From: Schizosaccharomyces osmophilus | Lineage: Eukaryota | NCBI RefSeq assembly: GCF_027921745.1 | Contig: NC_079238.1 | Location: 3,534,001-3,598,000 of the forward strand | Direction of reading: 5' to 3' | Length of the DNA: 64,000 nucleotides | Shown: positions 22,883-36,506 of the stretch, piece by piece | How positions within the stretch are numbered: the stretch's first letter is position 1 | Layout: every line of letters begins with the position of its first letter | The notes under the pieces: model-generated | The model's input: only the letters and a program-made list of their open reading frames with translations | Told to the model about the DNA's origin: nothing | The model's database searches: none | Translations under genes and position numbers: made by a program

Positions 22883-24128
22883 ATGCTTTCAAATAAAGGT
22901 TTACTATCAGCCTCAAGGTACCCGCTGAATTTCGTGAAAACCTATACATGTTTTAACAGAACGTTTTCGATTTCTGATTTAATAAACCAGGATTCCTTAA
23001 AATATGAAAATCAGAAACTGGACGTTCAATCCGATCTAAAAGATCGACTGAAGCGTTTGCTGAAAACATTTAATGCACCTATACAAGTCGCAATAGGATA
23101 TGGCAGCGGTGTGTTTCAGCAGGCGGGTTATGGATCATCTGTAGGTCTACTTTATAGAGAAAAAGCTGACATGTAATTTCGCAGGCGAAACCAATGGTCG
23201 ATTTTATTTTCCAGGTCGATGATCCAGTTCGTTGGCATGAATTGAACATCCAGCAAAATCCATCCCATTATTCTTTATTAAAGTACTTAGGACCAAAAGC
23301 AGTAGCGGAAGTTCAAGAAAATTATGGTGCTAATATTTATTATAATACACAAGTACCTGTGGGGAACAGCATTATCAAATACGGAGTCATAAAAAAGGAA
23401 TCATTGATGGATGATTTGAAAAACTGGAATACTCTTTATACAGCTGGAAGATGTCAAAAACCGGTAAGACTACAGCGTCTAAATGCAAGACTAATCACTA
23501 TGAACAGGTGACTTTATTTCAAGGAGAAGATTTCTTTTACCCACTTAATCGTCAAAATTTAGAACAAGCTACTTCTGCTGCTTTGTTTATGCTTCCAAAT
23601 AAGTTTTCCGAATTCGAATTTTACAGAACTATAGTAAACCTTTCGTATGTAGGCGATATACGCATGCGGCTTTTTGCAGAAAATCCGAAGAAGGTGGATA
23701 ATATTGTTTCAAAACAGCTTTTTTATTTCAGAAAGTTATATTTACCCATCTTAAACTCGCGATTTGCTGTAAACTTCCCCTCTTATAATTCAAAATTACA
23801 TGAGCTAAATGGTCATGATTCTACTTTTCTGTTGGAGATTGAACACGAATCCAATGGAAAGGCCAGTGACTATTTCAATACTTTGCCTATCAACTATAGG
23901 AATTTAATTTTGGCAGCTGCTCGTACACGAGGTTTTAGCGAAAATGATTTATGGTTACGAACATCTATTCAAAATCGACAAATGTTAAGCATAACAGCGT
24001 TGAAACATCTTACCCAAAGGTCAATCTTGACACAGAGCGCCAAGGGTATATTAACTGCCGGTTTATACAGTTCCATAAGTTACTCTTTGGAAAAGCTGAA
24101 AAAGGGATTGTTTCGTTTTTCTAAGTAA
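22883..24128 (+). CDS. tam41: Mitochondrial phosphatidate cytidylyltransferase Tam41
   Basis: Motifs YGSGVFQQ, MVDFIFQV, AGRCQKPV and LSYVGDIRM..AENPKKV. Introns 23141-23184 and 23464-23507 join three ORF pieces in frame. Confidence 0.93.
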
Positions 24129-24500
24129 AATCATTGGCAAAACTTGAAGAATTAAGCACTGTCTTCTGGTTAGGTCTACCTCGATTTTAGAATTCTAACC
24201 TTTAATTAAAGGTAGACTGAAAATTGAAGTTTTTCATTGAATGTCTAGAACGCAGACGAGTATTTTATTCTTGAAAGTCAATGTAAAAACTATTGTGAAA
24301 ATAAAAATATTATTCAAGAATCCTTAAATGTCAATAATTAAAATCCAAAAACTTGTTCACATTCAGTAAAGAACCGTGTTCTTAGTTGAAATCCTCTGTT
24401 AGTCATCTAATAAGACATACAGAAGAAATCTGATAGTTTAATGCAATCCAATAGCAATCGAGCAACATTTTGTAAAAGAATGCATGTAACAAGCAGCTTT

Positions 24501-26743
24501 TCACATTTTGGAGCTCAAACTGCGGTTTTTAGAAGGAGATGGTATCTTTTTGCTGCTCGGAACGTTTTTCGACTCTGCCTCCTTTTCTTCTGAGTGAGGA
24601 CTCAGTCCCAATGCAACAGCAAAACGTCTTGACCAAGATGGCTTTCTTTTGTCAGATGATGCTGTTGCAGGGCGGTTCACCACTTTCGAGGAGCCCGAAA
24701 ATGATGAGAACCTCTTATTGGGTGTTCGTTGTTGGTCCAATGTCTCCAAATTCGCCGAATTTCTTGTTGTGTTGTAGGGAACACGCTTCTTCTTATTAGT
24801 TAAGCTTGATTGATCAATTGGTGGAGGAGTTACCACACGAGGAATCGGCTCGGAAGATGCATTGTTATTATCTTGCGCGGATGAATTAGTAGACCATTTT
24901 TGTAGCATTCTAAGTCGTTCTTCAAGACGGATACTTCTATTCTCAAGCTCTTGAACGGCAGTCTGTTTTAAGTGAAAGTGACTCTGAACCTTATCGTAGT
25001 CCATATTTAGTTGCGTGTAAGAGAGTTCCAGCTTGTAAATTTTGTCAATTAGGGTAGATTCTCGAACTTCCAGGCTCGCAATATTGTCTAAAAGTGTATT
25101 GTTTCGAAGGGTAAGCGTGGAGTTCAGATGCTCATGGAGTTCCTGGTTATTTTTGTTTGAAACCTTCAGTTCTGGATAATTATTTTCTTTATTAGCTTCT
25201 TCTTGCGTCTGCTCGCCATTTGCCATTAGGAGGCTCAGAGTCTTTGAAGAGAAAGATGACCCGGTGTAAAGCGAAGACATTCTTGATACCTCATCTTTAA
25301 AAGAGTTAAGATATATACTGAGGTCGGTAGTAATAGCTTTTAGATTATTTGAGGTCGTATCTTTAGGCTCTTCAATATATAATTTTCTGTGGAGGAGGGT
25401 TAGAATTTCATAAAGACTTTCACCGGTCGGTAAAGTTGGTGTCTGAAGCTCCTTTTTATCAGAATGGCCCGGATACAACAAACGATCAATGAGGTCTTGG
25501 AGCTTCGTGATTAACGCTTCTTGTTTTGAAGAAAAACCGATACTTCTTTCTTGGTTTTCTAAAGCGGAACCCATATTCTGTTGGACGTTAAGAAGGACCT
25601 GAGTATGTTCCTTCAAAACATTACTAACGTTTTCGTGACCCATTCTCAAGTCCTCAATCCTCTGGGCATACTCGCCATTAGCAAAATATGAAAAACTATT
25701 AACAAGCTTTTCAAGTTCATTATAAGTTGTATGGAACTTGTGCAGTAAATCAGAATCATTTTCGTGAGAAGCCACCACTTCTTTCCAGTTTTCGTACAGC
25801 AAGCTTTGCTTTTGATATAAATCCTCTTGATTTGCTTGATTATGCACGAAGCCCTGTAATTTGCTAATTAAGTCCCTTTGCACATCGGTAGCTTCGTCGG
25901 TAATCATCAGCTTTTGGGTAATAGCATGCAATTGGTTTGTATATTCCGCATTCCTGATTGCAAGGGAATCTAATTCAGTGTTCCTTTCAAAAAGCGACGC
26001 ATTGATACTATTCCACTTTTCTTGAGAAGGAAATACCTGCTGCAAATTGTCACAAATACCTTGTAAAGTTCCTTGTAAAGAATTGAGGTTCTCATTCGTG
26101 CTCTGAACAGATAATAATTCATCTGACTGTTTCTGCAAAGAAGTATTGAGAGCATGATCGATGTCGAGGGCTCCTTTTTTTAGATGAGCAAGGCAAACGC
26201 CTAATTCCTTTCGGATTTCCAAACTTGTAGCTTTGTTCATGTCTTTCACAAGCTCTGATACCTGATGGTTTTGTGTTGATATTTGCGTTTCTAAAAGGTA
26301 ATGAAGATCTTGGACAGATTTTTGAGATTCCACATTTTGAAAGGAGGTATCAGACAATCTCTTTACTACCGTTTGTAGTTCTTGAAGAAAAGAAGCATTG
26401 TCTCTACTCCTTTGAAATAGTTTATTGATTTGGTTGATTATAGAACTGACAGTAATGGAAATATTGTTCAATACTTCTAATGTCCGTGAATCATTTTCAG
26501 ATAAACCTACGTAACCCTTATTGGAATAGGGAGAAATTCTGGTGGATAGATTCGGAAGAGCCGCTGACCTTGGAATAGATGGAATTCCATCTTCTTGTGG
26601 TAGTGGTGGTAAATTCATTGCATGCCTATGCGTGTCGCCTGTATTCCAACTAACGGTTGTTAAAAACCCATATTTTAAATGAAAACTACTACTTACTCGG
26701 TTTCTTTTTTTTGAAGCGGAGCTGCAATTGGTAGCTTGCTCAT
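24501..26743 (-). CDS. blt1: Coiled-coil cytokinesis node protein Blt1
   Basis: Long coiled coil with a basic C-terminal tail (KRKPSWSRRF). Probable exon 1 26743-26697 and intron 26696-26650 (GTAAGT..TAG). The name rests mainly on recalled synteny between tam41 and top2. Confidence 0.72.
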
Positions 26744-27304
26744 ACTGAATCCCCGTCAAACGATATAAACAACCTCGAGGGTATTTCGGTGGTGAAGGCA
26801 GATTTTAGATTTTCTCTTAGGAAGGAAGAAGGAGAGTAAATTTGTAGTATAGCAGAGCAGCGATGTATTTCTATTAATAAGTATAGGTTTTTAAAACTTT
26901 TAGTCGTTGTTGTAGTAAATGGGATTGCTTGGGAGTCTCGCGAAATAGCTCAATATCCTGACTAAAGACTCCATCAATCCTCCTTTTTTTCTATAATTTA
27001 TCCTTCCTTTTTAATTAAAATATCTCTTGTCTCTTAGTTTCAATTGCGTAGATAAAGGATGCACTTTGGAATAGCAACCGCAGAGCGCATGATGGGCCCT
27101 TTAAGGCAGAACAAAAGTAAAAGCGAAACACACAAAAAGAATATATATTATTTAATAAATAGAACAAAAGATTAAGGACTATTACACAGTAGGAAAACAT
27201 TGTATTTAAAGGTTGTTCAAGCATAAACCTATGCACACAGGGATCCTAAGACATAAATTTAGAAGAAGTTTGTCCGAAAACAAGAACCCGGTATAGAGAA
27301 ATTC

Positions 27305-27946
27305 TCATAGATCGTTATAATCAGGATCACAGGCATCGTCATCAGTGGCACCGATAGCTGTTAAGCCAAAAGTCAAATTCATTGATGTGTTGGTCGCATT
27401 ATAAGCCATTGGATTTTGTTTCGTTTCCGTTGCCTGTACAAACTGTTCTGCTTGTTGAAAAGCTAACTGCATATATGAATCGTCGAAATCAGATAATCGA
27501 TTAGTTTCACCATTTTGAAGATGGGAAGAAGAAGATGGGAATTGGTAATTTGATATGGATGGTGAGAAATTTGTTGATTGGTTGTTTTCAGTTGCCAAAT
27601 TGGGATAAGACATCGGGTTCAACGAGGAATGGCTGTTCACGTCGGAGGTATATGTTTCTTGCTTACTATTTTGCAAACTTTTAAACTCATCCGCCCATAA
27701 CGAGTCATTCTTTGGATCATTGGCTTTAGATTGGAACGCGTAAGGAGTATGAGGACGATTCATCTGTATCGGTGAATTGATGGATTCTCGTAATAGTTGG
27801 TACTCTTTAGCAGAAGCACTCTGTTCTCTTGTGATAGCATCATGTAGAAGCCTCTGTTTAGATTTATCAAGACGTTTGGATGTGATGAAGGATTTGGTAT
27901 TGGCGTCTGAAAGTGTCCGTAAATTAGACCCAGAGCAAGAATCCAT
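27305..27946 (-). CDS. Lineage-specific 213-aa protein with Pex5/Pex20-like N-terminal Cys and WxxxF motif
   Basis: ATG-initiated intronless ORF; starts MDSCSGSNLRTL; contains LWADEF; otherwise S/N/Q-rich and low complexity. Confidence 0.7.
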   Translation of the reverse strand: MDSCSGSNLRTLSDANTKSFITSKRLDKSKQRLLHDAITREQSASAKEYQLLRESINSPIQMNRPHTPYAFQSKANDPKNDSLWADEFKSLQNSKQETYTSDVNSHSSLNPMSYPNLATENNQSTNFSPSISNYQFPSSSSHLQNGETNRLSDFDDSYMQLAFQQAEQFVQATETKQNPMAYNATNTSMNLTFGLTAIGATDDDACDPDYNDL

Positions 27947-29093
27947 TGGAAAATCGATTTTTTTTTTTAATGATTGAAAGAACTGTTAAATAGGACAATG
28001 AACTAAAAAGAACAAAATTGTAAAGTCAAGCGCCCAACGTAGTAGATAAGTTATGAAATATTTGGATATTGGAAAGACACCACCATTTGGTGGTAAGTAA
28101 AGACAATCTGTTAGTTTTCGAAAAAAGGAAAAAAGGCCTTTCTTTTACAATATTTATAATAATAACTTTTTTTTCTTGGTTTTTTTGACTTCATCAACAA
28201 ATATTGTGACATGAGCAAAAAATCCATTATGCTTTTACATCTATAGACAACCTTGGATGTTTTGATTGACCAAGAAACAAGCAAACACATTTTTCCTTAT
28301 TTTTAAATAATCTACCCAAATCTTTTAAGCGCAAACATTTTGGATTATTCATTTTAAACAGAACCCATTCAATTTTAATGAGCATAATCAAATTGTACTA
28401 TCATAGCAATAGCTTTTCAAAACTTTTAGAAAGGAAAGAATTAAAGATAGCGGTATGTAGTTGTGGGTAACAGTACTGTATTTTTCTAAAAATATTTTCT
28501 TTGTTTACATACTAAATCCAAGTCGCGTTTGCAGACACGAAAAAATGAAAAACGAGAATTAACATACAACTCATATAAAAAACATATTAAAATAATAATC
28601 GCCTTTATTAAAGCTATATTATGGTTAACTTTGTAAATTGGTCAGGAAAGTGAAGAAAGAGTAAACAAAGCATTTCCCTATACTGAAGTAACGTTCCTTC
28701 GAAACCTCGATTTTCTGCCTTCTCCCTATATCGGTATATGGGTTTCATGTAAAGGAGAGTTGCATTCTCCTATCATTTTACGAATATATACAGAATCTTC
28801 CTTTATTGTTTTTGTTCTATATAATCCTCAATCTATAGAATAATAAAGTCGCTCTTTGAAACTTTTGATTTAAAGAACCAAAAGACGCGTTTTTTATCTT
28901 ACGTTAAAACTTTCTTTCGTTAATTACTTTTAAATTTAAAGGTAAACTCCTTAAATTCATTCGTTCAAATCCAATTGTGCTGTCTACCATTGCGCAATTT
29001 ATCTATTGACTTTTTTTTTTTTTGTCTTTTCGATTTACTTTACTCTCTTTTCTATATTCATCGTTGGAATTTAAAACTTACTAGTTTGCCAAC

Positions 29094-32000
29094 ATGCCTT
29101 CAGACGATGATTTCGTGATGTCCAACTCGGAAGATGAAGTTGTTCCAACGACTGCAAGAAAGGTATGCCAGCGATTCTCGAATTTCGTATTTGCTAACAA
29201 AAATAGAAAACTACCGCCCAATCTCGTGCAAAGAAAGGTTCCCAGAGTAGTAGGAGTGCTTCGCCTTCATCGTCTTCTTCCAATTCCGCCGCCCCTGCAA
29301 CAGATGCAGGAGGTAACGTTGCTACATCAAATGCCTCTTCACAATACCAACGGTTAAGTCCAAGAGAACACGTTCTCAGACGTCCTGATACTTATGTTGG
29401 TAGTATCGACCGTACAACTTCGAACATGTGGGTGTACAATTCCGAGAGCGAAAAGCTCGAATACCGTGAAGTCAACTATGTTCCTGGTCTCTATAAAATT
29501 TTCGACGAAATTATCGTTAATGCTGCTGATAACAAGGTGCGCGATCGAACCATGAATACCTTAAAAGTCAATATAAATCCCGAGTCCAACGTAATTACCG
29601 TTTTCAACAATGGTAAAGGTATTCCCGTTGAAATTCACGACAAGGAACAGATTTATATCCCGGAGTTAATTTTTGGTAATCTACTTACTTCTAGTAATTA
29701 TGATGACAATCAAAAGAAAGTTACCGGCGGTAGAAACGGTTACGGTGCTAAACTTTGCAATATCTTTTCTTCAGAATTTACGGTAGAAACTGCCGATAAA
29801 TTTCAAATGAAAAAGTACAAACAGGTCTGGACTGACAACATGTCAAAAAAGAAAGATCCCATCGTTACGGACATGAAAAGACCCGAGGAATATACGAAAA
29901 TTACATTCAAGCCAGATTTACAAAAGTTCGGTATGTCCGAGATTGACGCCGATATTGTTGCCATTTTAAAACGCCGTGTTTACGATATGGCAGGTACTGT
30001 CCCTGAGACAAAGGTATTTTTAAATGATGAGCGCCTGAAGGTTAGCGGATTTAAAAAGTATGTTGATATGTACCTGTCTTCAAGCACGCCCTCCGATAGC
30101 GAAAGTCCTACTGTCATTTATGAGCAAGTCAATGACCGATGGGAAATTGCGTTTGCTGTATCTGACGAGGAATTCAATCAAGTTTCTTTTGTTAACAACA
30201 TCGCAACAATTCGCGGAGGTACTCATGTCAATTATATTGCGGATCATATTGTGAAAGCGGTCAATGAAGATGTACAGAAAAAAAACAAAGGCGCGCCAAT
30301 TCGTCCCTTTCAGATAAAAAATTTCATTCGCATTTTTGTTAATTGCCAGATTGAAAATCCTTCATTTGACTCACAGACTAAGGAAACCCTTACTACTAAA
30401 GTATCCAATTTTGGTTCGACTTGTACGCCAAGCGCAAGCTTTATGAACCGCGTTAAGAAAACAGAAATTGTAGAAAGAGTTTTGGATTTGGCTCGCTCAA
30501 AAGCTGATAAACAATTAAGTCAAACAGACAGTCGTGGGTCACGTACTCGAATTACTGGCTTGCCCAAACTTGAGGATGCCAATAAAGCTGGTACCAAAGA
30601 GTCTCACAAGTGTGTTTTGGTATTGACAGAAGGTGATTCTGCTCGTTCCCAAGCCCTTTCTGGTTTAAGTGTTGTTGGTCGAGATTATTACGGAATTTTC
30701 CCATTACGAGGTAAGCTACTAAACGTTCGTGAAGCTTCCCATACCCAAATTATGAATAATAAAGAAATTCAAGCCATCAAAAAGATTATGGGACTTGTGC
30801 ACAAGAAAAATTATACAGATGCTAAAGAACTACGATACGGGCATTTGATGATAATGACCGACCAGGATCCTGATGGCTCTCATATTAAAGGTCTAATCAT
30901 CAACTTCTTGGAATCTACTTACCCGTCATTGCTGCAAATCCCAGGATTTTTGATACAGTTCATTACCCCTATCGTCAAGTGCAAACGAAATAGACAAGTC
31001 CTTTCCTTTTATACTCTACCAGAATATGATTATTGGAAAGAAGCAAATAACAACGGTCGTGGCTGGGACATAAAATATTATAAGGGTTTGGGTACAAGTG
31101 ATGCCACTGAAATGAAAAGCTATTTTTCGGATCTCGATCGTCACATGAAGTATTTCCATGAAATAGAAGAGAAGGACAAAGGTTTGATTGAAATGGCATT
31201 TGCCAAAAAGAAGGCCGATTCGCGAAAGGAATGGCTTCGTACATATCATCCCGGTATTTTTATGGATTACACAGTTCCTCAGATCCCGATTGATGATTTC
31301 ATCAACAAGGAACTTATTCAATTCAGTATGGCAGACAATATCCGTTCAATTCCCTCCGTTATAGATGGATTAAAACCCGGTCAGCGAAAGATTATTCATT
31401 ACTGTTTAAAGAAGAATCTCACTCGTCAAATTAAGGTAAGCAGTCTTACAGGATATGTTATGAGTGAGACGGCTTATCATCATGGCGATAGTTCCTTAAC
31501 TCAGACGATTGTTAACTTAGCTCAAAACTTTGTCGGAAGTAACAATATCAATCTTTTAATGCCCCATGGTCAATTTGGAACTCGACTAGAAGGCGGTAAG
31601 GATGCAGCAGCTCCTAGGTATATCAATACTTGTCTCTCTCCTATAGCTAGGAAGTTGTTCAAATCGGAAGATGATCCTTTGATGAATTATCAGAATGAAG
31701 AAGGACAGTGGATCGAGCCTGATTATTACGTCCCAATTATACCAATGCTACTTGTTAACGGTGCTGAGGGAATTGGAACAGGCTGGTCTACTAACATTCC
31801 AAATTATAATCCTAAAGATATTTCTGCTAATTTAAGACGACTTTTGAATAATGAACCCTTGCTTGAGATATCTCCCTGGTACCGCGGTTTCCGTGGTGGT
31901 ATAGAAAAGGTTACACCCGACAGATACAAAGTTAGTGGTATAATTAATCAAATAAGCGATTCAAAAGTTGAAATTACTGAACTGCCTGTTCGATTTTGGA

Positions 32001-33616
32001 CCCAAGATATGAAAGAATACTTAGAAACGGGTATTGCAGGAAGTGATAAAACCAAACCATTTATTAAGGACTATGAAGGCTATCATGGTACGGGTAATGT
32101 ACATTTTCAAGTCACTCTCACAGAACAGGGCATGAGGGAAGCTGTGGCTGAGTCCTTGGAAGCTAAATTCAAAATAGTCCGAAGTCAAGCTACTAGTAAT
32201 ATGATGGCATTTGATCCTTCCGGAAGGATAAAGAAATACGAAAGTGTCGAAGATATTTTGACAGATTTTTTTGAAGTTCGTTTGCGAACTTATCAAAGAC
32301 GCAAAGAACTTTTGGTTGCTGAATTAGAACGCCGCTTCGATATGTTTTCCAATCAAGCGAGATTTGTCCACATGATTATTGAAAATGAACTTGTAGTTTC
32401 GAAAAAGAAGAAGAACATCCTTGTAGCTGAACTCCGCGAAAAAGGATTTCAGCCAATTTCGAAACCTAAGAAAGGTCGTGAGGCTGACATGGAAGCCGAG
32501 CGTGCTCAACTACGTGGCGAAGATCCCGTTGAAGAACAGGATTCTTCGAGTGACTTTAATTACCTTTTGTCTATGGCAATTTGGTCTTTAACATACGAAA
32601 AGTATTTGGAGCTGTTGAAGAAAAGAGATGATGTTATGACAGAACTTGACACGTTAATTAAACTGACTCCTAAGGATTTATACTTGCAAGACTTAGAAGA
32701 ATTTGAATACACTTGGGACAATGTGATGGACGAAATGAACCGGAGCATGTTGGAGGATGAAGAGGCATCAAGAGGGTTTGTTGGGTCTACCAAACCTTCC
32801 ACAACGCGTAGACGAAATACGGGTGCGAAAATGAAAGTGAAGTCCGAAGAACCTGGTGATGACAATACAGGGCCTGGAAGTGGCAGACCACGTGCAAAAA
32901 GCACCGCAAGGCCAACGAAGGTAAAAAGTGAAGAAACAGAACAACCGGCTACAAAGGCTCGCAAGGGAAGTCAGCCAACACTTAGTTTCGCTAAAGAAAA
33001 TGGTTCAACTTCAAATAAACATTTACCAGAGGATAAAGGTACAAAAACCCCCTTTTCTATTGCAAGAGGAAAAGGCAAGAAACCAGACTCCTCAAACTCG
33101 TCGAGCGAAGGTGTTCAAACTAAAAATAAGGGGAAAAAGCGTTCATCTTCTGATTCACCAAGTGATGACGAGGATCCTCAGACTACAAAGAGAGCAGCAT
33201 CTCGGCATGGCCAGTCTAAAGCAACTGAACCTAGGACATTATTTTCTTCCGATGATGAGGAAGACTTACCTTCCGAGACTATATCTGGCAAACTCCAAAG
33301 TAATTTGAAGGGCCCGTTTGTCGACATTACCAATGCTAAAGAGGCCCCATCGAAAGGAAGAACAACTTCGGTTATTGATGATGAGGATTTTGACGATTTA
33401 CCAGACAGTTCCACTCCCAAACCAAATAAGACCGGCATGAACGGAAAAGCAGATGCGGCAGTGTCCCCGACTAGGCCTCGTAGGACAACCACCCGGCGAG
33501 CGGCTACTACGAATAACTCCATTTATGTAGATTCTTCCTTGGATGAATCCAGTTTTCAAGATGATTCATTCGTAGTTGGAGATAATGAAGACGATGATTA
33601 TGAAGAGGATGTCTAA
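29094..33616 (+). CDS. top2: DNA topoisomerase II
   Basis: Exon 29094-29162, intron 29163-29206, exon 29207-33616. Motifs HVLRRPDTYVGS, GGRNGYGAK, LTEGDSA, PLRGKLLNV, YYKGLGTS and active-site APRY. Confidence 0.98.
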
Positions 33617-33935
33617 ACATCATTTATCGTTTAGGAACGAGAAGTATCAAATTTTCTACTATCGTTACCGTCTGTTAGATAAATAAAATTGACCTATCAT
33701 AATATTCTCTTGTAAAAATTTCAGATTGTTAATGATCCAAGGTTGTCTGTTTCATACACGCAGATGCATGCACTCAAAACTACATTTGTTATAACCGCTT
33801 TAAGTATTTTAAAATAAAGGAAGCGATATGTTCGTTATGCCTAGAAGGCCTACCCTAGCGAAAAGTTTGTTACAGATGATAGATATGATAAAAGTATTTC
33901 AACCACTACCATAACCAGACAGCTATTTAGTGAAG

Positions 33936-35048
33936 ATGTCCGTTAAAAAGATTGTTGTTTTGCCAGGTGATCATATTGGACCCGAAATCGTTTCTTCCGC
34001 TGTCGAAGTTTTAAAGACAGTGGAAAAAAAGTGTTCCGACCTAAAGTTTGAATTTGAGGAACATAAGATTGGCGGTGCCTCAATCGATGCCTATGGTACA
34101 CCTTTGACCGATGAGACAATTAAGGCTTGTTTGGAGGCTGATGGTATTATTTTGGGAGCAGTTGGCGGTCCCGAATGGACAAACCCCAACTGCCGTCCTG
34201 AGCAAGGATTGTTGAAGCTTCGCAAAAGTTTGGGTGTTTGGGCAAATCTTCGTCCATGCACCTTTCCTAGCAAATCTTTGCTTAAGTACAGTCCCTTAAA
34301 GTCCGAGATTGCTGAGGGAGTTGATTTTTGCGTCGTTAGAGAGCTCACCGGTGGTTGCTATTTCGGTGAGCGTACTGAAGATAATGGCTCAGGTCATGCT
34401 ATGGATACCTGGCCTTACAGTGTAGAGGAAGTTACTCGAATTGCTCGTTTAGCTGCCTGGCTTGCACAAACATATAACCCTCCTGCGCCTGTTACTTTGC
34501 TTGACAAAGCTAACGTTTTGGCTACTTCCAGACTTTGGCGTAAAACTGTTGCCAAGGTCTTTAAAGAAGAGTTTCCTCATTTGACATTAAAGAACCAGCT
34601 TATTGATTCTGCTGCCATGCTTATGGTCAAGAGCCCTCGCACTTTAAACGGTGTTGTTTTAACGGACAACTTGTTTGGTGATATTATTTCTGACGAGTCA
34701 TCTGTTATTCCTGGAAGCTTGGGTTTGCTACCTTCCGCTTCTCTTTCCGGAATTTATGGTCAAACGGAGAATCTTAATTGTCTTGTTGAACCCATCCATG
34801 GCAGTGCTCCCGATATTGCTGGCCAAGGGATCGTAAACCCAGTCGGTACCATTTTGTCTGGTGCACTTTTGCTTCGCTACGCTTTGAATGCTCACAAAGA
34901 AGCTGCTGCCATTGAAGCAGCTGTTGAAAAGGTCCTTGACGATACTTCCATCGGTGGCCGAGGTCTCTATACTCGTGATTTGGGCGGTGATGCCAAGACG
35001 GTTGGCATTACTAAAGCTGTTGTTGAGGAACTTGAAAAGATTTTGTAA
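33936..35048 (+). CDS. leu1: 3-isopropylmalate dehydrogenase
   Basis: Motifs LPGDHIGPEI, RPEQGLLKLRK, NLFGDIISDE and EPIHGSAPDIAG. ATG at 33936. Confidence 0.97.
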   Translation: MSVKKIVVLPGDHIGPEIVSSAVEVLKTVEKKCSDLKFEFEEHKIGGASIDAYGTPLTDETIKACLEADGIILGAVGGPEWTNPNCRPEQGLLKLRKSLGVWANLRPCTFPSKSLLKYSPLKSEIAEGVDFCVVRELTGGCYFGERTEDNGSGHAMDTWPYSVEEVTRIARLAAWLAQTYNPPAPVTLLDKANVLATSRLWRKTVAKVFKEEFPHLTLKNQLIDSAAMLMVKSPRTLNGVVLTDNLFGDIISDESSVIPGSLGLLPSASLSGIYGQTENLNCLVEPIHGSAPDIAGQGIVNPVGTILSGALLLRYALNAHKEAAAIEAAVEKVLDDTSIGGRGLYTRDLGGDAKTVGITKAVVEELEKIL

Positions 35049-35356
35049 AGCAAGTAACAGTTAACGTTTCTATGTTGCTGCTGTTGAACTTATAGAAGAA
35101 AACACTAATGATAGTTTCCTTTTCCTTACGCGCGGATTGAGTATGGACAAAGATACATTTTTTTTTTTTATTCAACCATAAAGATGAAAAAGGGGATTAA
35201 AAGAGAGGTTTAGCTAGTCTAATATCTTAATGAAATTTTGGATGTATTAGCTTCTTAATAAACTTACAAATATCCGTAGTCTCACAACACATGGGGTCTG
35301 AATCATTAGAAAATAGCAAATTCTTCCTGAGCCGACGGTTCTGCAAAAGAAAGGAA

Positions 35357-35995
35357 TCACCGTAACTGATTTCGGCTTTTGAATTGATTGCTCGTATATG
35401 GGAGTTCATCAATGGAGAAATTAAAGTGCCTACACTCGATTTAGTATTAACTTTGCTTCAAGCATTTGCATACGTCTCTGGAGCATAAACCTTTATAAGG
35501 CGAACATGACTATCTTTACCATTTTGATGATTGCCAAGAATTTTGACTTCAATGAGATTGGCATCGAGTAGACCATTCCGCCCAAAATCACCCACCGGAA
35601 CATGAACCCAGCCAGTTGGTTCTTCCAGTTGAACGGTGGTGACAAGTTCCAAATCGTGAAATCCTGTGCCCGCTGATATACGAAGTCTGTCTGGAGTGTA
35701 TGATTCATCAAAGGTATATTGTAAATACAGGCTGATGTATTTCACGGAAACTCGCTTCACGAATTTTACGTGAATGTCATGCGGCTGCGACCCGTCTGAT
35801 CTGCAAAACGAAAATAATTAGTACGTTTACTTTGTTAAACTGCTGAGCTTACTGCCAATAAGTCTCGACGTTATCGTCCCGAACCAAGCGTATAGGGAAG
35901 CTACCTTTTTCACTGGAACATGTCCATTGGGCTAGGTTTCCAATGTCTACCAATCCATCTGTCAACTTTTGGGTTTCTGATTTTGAATTTTTCAT
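35357..35995 (-). CDS. apc10: Anaphase-promoting complex subunit Apc10/Doc1
   Basis: Exons 35995-35853, 35800-35474 and 35429-35357. Motifs TYWQSDGSQPH, DESYTP, NHQNGKDSHVR and a C-terminal LR tail (SRNQLR). Confidence 0.93.
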
Positions 35996-36506
35996 CTCGA
36001 TCCCGCTATCCAATTTGGGTACAGTAATCCCTTCTCTATGAGTACTTGGTAATGCAACGATGGTTCTACAGTAGTTTCCAAGTAAAAATAATCAGTTTCA
36101 ATGGTATATGCCAAATATATCAGTCTTGCAGATGCAAGTCGAAAAGGCAATTTGCTCAGTTGATTTGTCTTTACCTACAGCAAATCCCAACTACAACTGT
36201 ACTACTTGGACAACTAAAAGAAAGTAAGAAGAAACAAACAAACAAAGAAAATCAATAGTAAACAACGCTACAATAATCGTCTACGTTACACAAAATAAAA
36301 GGGATTAAAATGAAAATTAAATTGATAAATGAATGCTTATATGCTGCTTTATGTAATGATCAAAAAAATGCAAATAATAAAACCCGATGCAAAGTGTGTG
36401 ATAAATCAACAATGTAAATGAAAGACAAATTTCAAAAGATGGTTTGTTTGCTTAGATTTCTGTGGAAGTTTTTAATAAAACAAACATTGTTCCCAATAGG
36501 TTTGGC

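Noticed and set aside
28885..28890. Single MCB-like ACGCGT upstream of top2
   Set aside because: An isolated hexamer; MBF targets usually have clustered sites, so it cannot be supported alone.
8241..35995. Two APC/C subunit genes (apc2, apc10) in one window as a functional cluster
   Set aside because: They are about 25 kb apart with many unrelated genes between; ordinary conserved synteny.
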